The notes beneath the pieces are model-generated. The model was not told the origin of the DNA. It was given only the letters and a program-made list of their open reading frames with translations, and did not search any database. Shown here piece after piece: positions 58,999 through 64,000 of a stretch of 64,000 nt of DNA; positions within the stretch are counted from its first letter, which is position 1, and every line of letters begins with the position of its first letter. The stretch comes from a virus. The translations under genes were made by a program, and so were the position numbers. Where the stretch lies: the IMG/VR virus record IMGVR_UViG_3300050821_005065, positions 1 through 64,000 of that record. One strand, 5' to 3'.

Positions 58999-59558
58999 CT
59001 GATTTTGAATCCTCAATGAGCGGATGGCCACTTTTACATGGCTCGGATACGTGGGCATCTCCTTCGTCCGTTTTGACTGGCTTTCGGCTATCGGCCACCG
59101 GTACGGCCCATGGGGCTAACTGGTGAGGCGGTGAAGAATAGTCGTAGACTGTGTAGCGCCCGCCACTTTCGTTGCGGGTCCGCATTTCTACCGACTTGCT
59201 CCGAGAAAAAGCATTCTCCTTCTTGCGACCGAGCTTCAGGGTTAGCTCCACCCCATCCAGTTGCGTCGTTACCCTACAACGCTGCTTTCTGGAATTTCTA
59301 GCCTCTCGCTCGCGTTTTCCGGCCCTGTTCGCGCTCATGTTTTAGCGGGTTACCTCATACGCCTACTAACCGCAGTCGCGTGTCTCTCCACGCCGCATCC
59401 GCTCATTCAGAATTCAAAGATCGCCGAATCCCTTCTTTCTCCAAACTACTTACGCCAATATGTGCTGACGCTAATCAATATCAACAGGCCAGCCATGATC
59501 CACAAAGCCGCTTCCGTCTCGCGCAGCACGCTGATCAGAGAGTTTACCTGGTCCGGCG

Positions 59559-59711
59559 TCAACGAATGCCTTCTTTCTCGGCACAGCGCCGGAGAGCTTC
59601 TTCGAGAGTCTGCACGTTGCTTCGGGCGTTCCACTTCTGCCGCAAAGCCGCCAGCCATTTCCGCGCTAGCGGCGTCAGCTCGAAGTTCATCAGTTTTTTC
59701 TTTCCTGACAT
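59559..59711 (-). CDS. Ribbon-helix-helix-like regulator (leaderless)
   Basis: MSGKKKLMNFELTPLARKWLAALRQKWNARSNVQTLEEALRR; ATG 6 nt after the -10 box. Confidence 0.6.
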   Translation of the reverse strand: MSGKKKLMNFELTPLARKWLAALRQKWNARSNVQTLEEALRRCAEKEGIR

Positions 59712-59717
59712 GCAATA

Positions 59718-59785
59718 GGTGTAGCGCACAATCTTTATTTCGTCAAGAGATTTTATTTGACTTTCTTTTTGCGCGGGAGTAAAAC
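59718..59785. promoter_or_regulatory. Divergent sigma70 promoters
   Basis: Plus strand TTGACT-17-TAAAAC-7-ATG; minus strand TTGACG-17-TACACC-6-ATG. Confidence 0.7.
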
Positions 59786-59792
59786 CCTGTGC

Positions 59793-60158
59793 ATGGCAAC
59801 CAACCTAGCGCAGCCTGATCTGTTTCCCATCCCTCCAAACCTCAAGCGCAGAGTCCGCGTCATCCCCAAGCCGAAACAGCCGCTCTGGAAATCCTTTTAC
59901 GCTTTCAATGAGGCCAATCCGCATGTGTACCGGAGAATCGTGCAACTGGCGCGGAAGGCGAAGATGCGGGGGCTAGAGCACTACTCAATGGATGGAATTT
60001 TTCACGTCATGCGCTGGGAGATTGCGATCCGGACGAAGAGTAGCGATCAGTTCCGCCTCAACGACCATCACACTTCTTTCTATGCGCGGATGGTGGATGA
60101 ACGGGAAGATGACTTAAAGGGTTTCTTCACTCTCAGGAAACAGAGGGCCAAGAAATGA
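59793..60158 (+). CDS. Phage hypothetical protein, probably DNA-binding
   Basis: FNEANPHVY...VMRWE...FRLNDHHTSFYARM...FFTLR. Confidence 0.7.
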   Translation: MATNLAQPDLFPIPPNLKRRVRVIPKPKQPLWKSFYAFNEANPHVYRRIVQLARKAKMRGLEHYSMDGIFHVMRWEIAIRTKSSDQFRLNDHHTSFYARMVDEREDDLKGFFTLRKQRAKK

Positions 60159-60361
60159 TCCGTACTATGGAAGAGGTAGAACGCGAAACCGTACTCGCGG
60201 CGATTCAAGAAACTGGCTCCGCTATTGAAACCGCTCGACTGCTCAAGATGGGCAAAACCACAGTGTTCCGCAAGCTGAAGAAGTGGGGCGTACCTGTACC
60301 CGGAACGAATGGGCTGAGGAAGAAAAAGATTCCGGCTCCAGCTCTTCCTCCGAAGCAATAA
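60155..60361 (+). CDS. Fis-type helix-turn-helix protein
   Basis: MEEVERETVLAAI...TARLLKMGKTTVFRKLKKWG. Confidence 0.8.
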   Translation: MIRTMEEVERETVLAAIQETGSAIETARLLKMGKTTVFRKLKKWGVPVPGTNGLRKKKIPAPALPPKQ

Positions 60362-60463
60362 CCTGATGCTGCCGCGCACACCGCAAGAGATTAAAGATGC
60401 TCAATTCCGCTGCCCAGGCTGCCAACGTCCAGTGCTCTTGCCGAATGGGAATGGGAATCACAG

Positions 60464-60829
60464 ATGAGAATTACTCCAACCGAAGCGAACACGCAAAAAG
60501 CCTGCTTAGAGTTGTTAGCCGCTCACAAGATATTCGCAGGCCGACTCAACACAGCGGGCATCAAGACCGCCAACGGATTCTTCCAGTGCCATAGCTTCGG
60601 GGCCGGGTGCGCGGATATTCTGGCGTTCGTTGCTGGCAAGGGGATGTGCTGCAATGAGTGCGACTGCGATTTAATCACGCCGCTCTGGATCGAAGTGAAG
60701 GCCCCGCACGGCCAGCAATCGCCCGAGCAAATCACTTTCCAGGTCTTCGTGGAATCGCTCGGACATCACTACTTGCTCATCCGGTCCATTGACCAGTTGG
60801 TGGCGTGGCTGAAAGAAAATGCGGGGTAG
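60464..60829 (+). CDS. VRR-NUC domain nuclease
   Basis: TEANTQ, GCADIL, WIEVKAPHGQQSPEQITF, IRSIDQL. Confidence 0.85.
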   Translation: MRITPTEANTQKACLELLAAHKIFAGRLNTAGIKTANGFFQCHSFGAGCADILAFVAGKGMCCNECDCDLITPLWIEVKAPHGQQSPEQITFQVFVESLGHHYLLIRSIDQLVAWLKENAG

Positions 60830-60841
60830 CGCATTTTGTGC

Positions 60842-60870
60842 TTGACACATTTCTTCCCCTTTGTTACACT
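60842..60870 (+). promoter_or_regulatory. Sigma70 promoter, leaderless
   Basis: TTGACA-17-TACACT-6-ATG. Confidence 0.75.
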
Positions 60871-60876
60871 TTTGAC

Positions 60877-61047
60877 ATGGCAACCAAACAAAGCGTAGTG
60901 AAGGAGTTGCGGCTAAAGTATCCAGCCGGGTCGCCGCTGGACAAGATGGTGGACCGGCTGCAATCGCACTTCGGCATCGACAAGCCGGCAGTTTTGCAGA
61001 TGGCGCTCAAGAAGCTTTCGGATGCCACGTTCGGAGGCGCGAAGTGA
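60877..61047 (+). CDS. Ribbon-helix-helix-like regulator
   Basis: ELRLKY...LDKMVDRLQSHFGIDKPAVLQMALKKL. Confidence 0.55.
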   Translation: MATKQSVVKELRLKYPAGSPLDKMVDRLQSHFGIDKPAVLQMALKKLSDATFGGAK

Positions 61048-61562
61048 GAAACATCGAACTGTACCACAAGGAAATCGAGAGTCTGGACCCTCTGCAGAGG
61101 AATGTGTTCTTGAATCTGTTTGTGGGCGCACTCGCCGCACTGGTGGATGAGGAGACGTGGAAAATGGCGCTCAAGTCGGCACACCTCGGGAAGGCGGCAC
61201 TTCTATGATGTTCCACCACGAACCCGACATCTACCTTGAAACCAAATGGCATCGAGGTAACTTGCTGGTCATGGGGCCGGTGGGCCGGATGCGGTTGCTG
61301 ATTGAGAAGGCGAATCGTACAGAGCGCATCTGGGGCATGGTGGAGTACTTTGTATTCTTTCGCTGGCTGTGGAGGGCGCAATGATCGAATCTTGGACTCC
61401 TCCGCGTCATGCTCTTGCAACCTTGGTGGCTTGCTCCGGCGATTTAGAGATGGCTTTCAGCATCGCCAAATCGAACGCCAAGCAGACGGCTCTGGCGGAC
61501 AATAGCACTTACTGGTTCTGGGCAGAGGTCAGAAATTCTTTGACTTCAGAGAAGGCGGCACA

Positions 61563-61769
61563 ATGCTGAACAACGGACAAAAAGTAACCTCAATTTCCGA
61601 GCATGAGCATTGGGCAGACTACGCGGAGTTAGGGCCGGATCACTTCGCTCCGCACACTCCCTCAAAAGCAGAGTTGAATGCCGCAGCCTTCTTAGTCGTA
61701 GGCGGCCTGCTGGTGACTTGGATTGTGATCGGACTTGGAGTGTACGGGGTTTGGAAGCTTTGGCACTAA
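61563..61769 (+). CDS. Small membrane protein
   Basis: C-terminal transmembrane segment. Confidence 0.5.
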   Translation: MLNNGQKVTSISEHEHWADYAELGPDHFAPHTPSKAELNAAAFLVVGGLLVTWIVIGLGVYGVWKLWH

Positions 61770-61791
61770 GGCGTTAAGGAGAAACAAGGCT

Positions 61792-62268
61792 ATGGCAAAC
61801 GAAATTATTGAGCATGGACACACACGAGTTAGCGGGCCGATGACAGCTTTGCAAATCGCCCGTGAGATTGAGGCGCACAAGAAGGCTTGCGCTGGCCTCG
61901 CCTCGTTGTCGTATTCTACGCATGACACGCGCCGTTATAACTGTACGGTCTGCATCGGTTTCAAGTGTTTTGGACGGATCGAAGAGCGCGACCGCACAGA
62001 AGAAATGGCTGCGATCCTGCGGACCATCAAGGACCGTGATTATGACTGGGTGAGTTGGTTCATTACCGATGTTCAAGTTGCCATTATCGCCGATGCGATG
62101 GAGGCTTGGCATGTTCGGCAGCAGATGCGGCTAGGATATTGCAAAACCGCTCACAAGACGGCAGGGGCGCATCCTCAAGGGAAACGCTGCCGCGATTGGG
62201 CTGAGGCGAAATGTACATGTCCTGATACTCAGTGCATCTACCACGTTGCGGTCGAAGGAGATTTTTAA
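61792..62268 (+). CDS. Hypothetical protein
   Basis: TAAGGAG RBS upstream; MANEIIEHG... Confidence 0.55.
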   Translation: MANEIIEHGHTRVSGPMTALQIAREIEAHKKACAGLASLSYSTHDTRRYNCTVCIGFKCFGRIEERDRTEEMAAILRTIKDRDYDWVSWFITDVQVAIIADAMEAWHVRQQMRLGYCKTAHKTAGAHPQGKRCRDWAEAKCTCPDTQCIYHVAVEGDF

Positions 62269-62271
62269 GAA

Positions 62272-62363
62272 TGTGCGGCGGCGTCACGCGAGACGAGCAG
62301 GGAGCAATCCTCAGACCTAGCGAAATTGGACTAGGTACATGGTCGGCCAATCCGACCCGTACA
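62272..62363 (+). ncRNA. Candidate cloverleaf structured RNA
   Basis: TGTGCGG/CCGTACA closing stem and four hairpins, including a GCAA tetraloop and GTCGG-CCAAT-CCGAC. Confidence 0.45.
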
Positions 62364-62380
62364 AATGAACTGGAGGCTTC

Positions 62381-62662
62381 ATGACGGCACGGATGGACAA
62401 AGCGATTGACCAGCTTCGCTACGCACTAGGCGGCGAATATCGAACGAGTTTCTGGGACCACGAGGCTATCGAGGAAGCTGCCAGACGCCTGACGCCTATT
62501 CAGTTGCGACCGTGGATGCACGCTGCCGCAGAAGAATATCTCAGACAGGCACATCCTGACCTGATGGCCGACATGATTAATGAACTCGCTGGAATCATCG
62601 CGAAGCACGCGCACAGCGATACAGTCAATCCGAACATGCAAGGGGCTGAGACAGGCGAGTAA
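62381..62662 (+). CDS. Hypothetical protein
   Basis: GGAGG RBS. Confidence 0.55.
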   Translation: MTARMDKAIDQLRYALGGEYRTSFWDHEAIEEAARRLTPIQLRPWMHAAAEEYLRQAHPDLMADMINELAGIIAKHAHSDTVNPNMQGAETGE

Positions 62663-62691
62663 CGCACCACGAACCACAGAGGAGGTATACG

Positions 62692-63654
62692 ATGAACGCA
62701 CTACCGCAGTCCATGGAGGTCTATCAGCCCACCGGAGAGCCCTTAACCGCCTCTGCTGTCAGAGCCCACGTCAATCTGATTCAGGAAGTGATGGCTGCCG
62801 TGATGAAGAAGGATGTTCACTACGGCATCATCCCTGGGTGCAAGAAGCCGAGCCTTTGGAAGCCAGGCGCAGAAGTGCTCTTTATGACCTTCCGTATCGC
62901 CGTCGATGTCATGGTGGTGGACTTGAGCACTCCCGACGAAGCGCGGTTTCGCGTGCAGGCGAGGGCGACCAGCTACGGCAATGTGCCGCTGGGTACGGCT
63001 GTTGGGGAAGCCTCGACCGGGGAAGAAAAATATAAGTGGCGCGCTGCAATCTGCGATGAGGAGTGGGAAGCCACCCCGGAAGACCGCCGGCGCACAAAAT
63101 GGAAGAATGGCCGAAACGACGCCTACCCCGTGCAGCAGATTCGCACCGAGATAGCCGACAACCGAAATACCGCGCTGAAAATGGCTGCGAAACGGGCTAC
63201 TGTGGCCTTGGCGCTGCAAGTAACGGCAGCCTCCGACATCTTTACCCAGGACATCGAAGACATTCCAGAAGAAGCCCGCGGGGAAGTTTATGACGATGTT
63301 GCACAACAACCGGCACCCAACGATCTTCCGACCGAGATACGGCGCAAACCGCAACCCGCCCCTCAAGGACGTGGGCCGACAACCGACTATCCCCCGGTTC
63401 ACGGCAATTCGGCTGGGATGAAGGAATCGGAACGCAAACCGCAGCCGCCCCAGCCACGCGCACCGGAACCCTCGCGCGTGCGGACGATCAGCGAACCCCA
63501 GGCGCGTCGATTCTATGCTATCCGCACAAATACCGGACGAAGCGACGACGAAGTGCGCGACTTCCTGAAGGCAGAGTTTGGCGTGGACGATGACCGGAAG
63601 ATTCCCGCGGACAGGTACGAGTTCGCGATCGAATGGGCGCAGGGGGATTTCTGA
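62692..63654 (+). CDS. Putative single-strand annealing/recombination protein
   Basis: HYGIIPGCKKPSLWKPGAE, NTALKMAAKRA, SDIFTQDIED, C-terminal ISEPQARR module; paired with an exonuclease gene. Confidence 0.6.
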   Translation: MNALPQSMEVYQPTGEPLTASAVRAHVNLIQEVMAAVMKKDVHYGIIPGCKKPSLWKPGAEVLFMTFRIAVDVMVVDLSTPDEARFRVQARATSYGNVPLGTAVGEASTGEEKYKWRAAICDEEWEATPEDRRRTKWKNGRNDAYPVQQIRTEIADNRNTALKMAAKRATVALALQVTAASDIFTQDIEDIPEEARGEVYDDVAQQPAPNDLPTEIRRKPQPAPQGRGPTTDYPPVHGNSAGMKESERKPQPPQPRAPEPSRVRTISEPQARRFYAIRTNTGRSDDEVRDFLKAEFGVDDDRKIPADRYEFAIEWAQGDF

Positions 63655-64000
63655 TGGCAACCGCGACTCAGTTCACATTTACACCGGAAACCCATATCTA
63701 CGCCGACGCGAACGGCATCATGCGTCCTTCAGTAAGCCAAGTGATCAAGGGGGAGGGGTTGATTTCCTTCGCGGGGATCAGCCCTTCCGTGCTTGAGCGG
63801 AAACGGCAGCTCGGCACCTTGGTTCATAAAGTCACAGAGCTGTACGACCAGGGCGAGGATCTGAACGAGTACGAGATCCCTAACGAAGTGTGGCCTTATG
63901 TTGAAGGCTATCTCAACTTTCGTAACGATTGCCAGTTTGATCCGCGGTTGATCGAGCATAGAGTTCTCGCGCAAGTGCATGGGATGTGGTATGGCATGTG
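63654..64000 (+). CDS. PD-(D/E)XK (Cas4-like) phage exonuclease, 3' end outside the window
   Basis: MATATQFTFTPETHIY...PSVSQVI...LERKRQLGTLVHKVTE. Confidence 0.7.
   Translation, partial: MATATQFTFTPETHIYADANGIMRPSVSQVIKGEGLISFAGISPSVLERKRQLGTLVHKVTELYDQGEDLNEYEIPNEVWPYVEGYLNFRNDCQFDPRLIEHRVLAQVHGMWYGM

Noticed and set aside
62272-62363. Functional tRNA gene
   Set aside because: No TTC T-loop, no 7-nt anticodon loop and no CCA; kept only as a candidate structured RNA
62743-63660. 305-aa minus-strand ORF
   Set aside because: Antisense shadow of the recombination gene
1-64000. CRISPR array, diversity-generating retroelement, integrase or transposase
   Set aside because: No regularly spaced repeats, reverse transcriptase motifs, template/variable repeat pair or recombinase motifs were seen by eye

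Overview
The window is a large segment of a tailed dsDNA phage or prophage with podovirus-like gene order. The host is probably Acidobacteriota or a similar diderm soil bacterium; this is inferred from protein style only. Plus strand, in order: groES, a free-standing HNH-AP2 endonuclease and groEL; a 13-kb cluster of six Cys/Thr/Ser/Gly-rich tail-fibre- or adhesin-like proteins that all carry N-terminal signal peptides, with a glycosyltransferase among them; lysis genes; portal, scaffold, major capsid, adaptor and tail nozzle; ejection proteins including a 2277-aa polyvalent protein; terS/terL. A minus-strand block of small accessory genes follows, then a divergent control region with leaderless sigma70-type promoters and recombination genes. 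The most striking observation is a divergent two-gene insert at 34251-34982. One product is a tandem mosaic of peptides resembling this phage's own capsid, nozzle and portal proteins. The other is a truncated copy of the terminase nuclease domain. Together they are a candidate structural-protein decoy or interference cassette. Other notable points: signal-peptide-bearing fibre proteins, a gene overprinted inside the giant ORF, and several structured RNAs. All family assignments and alignments were made by eye; no database searches were run.
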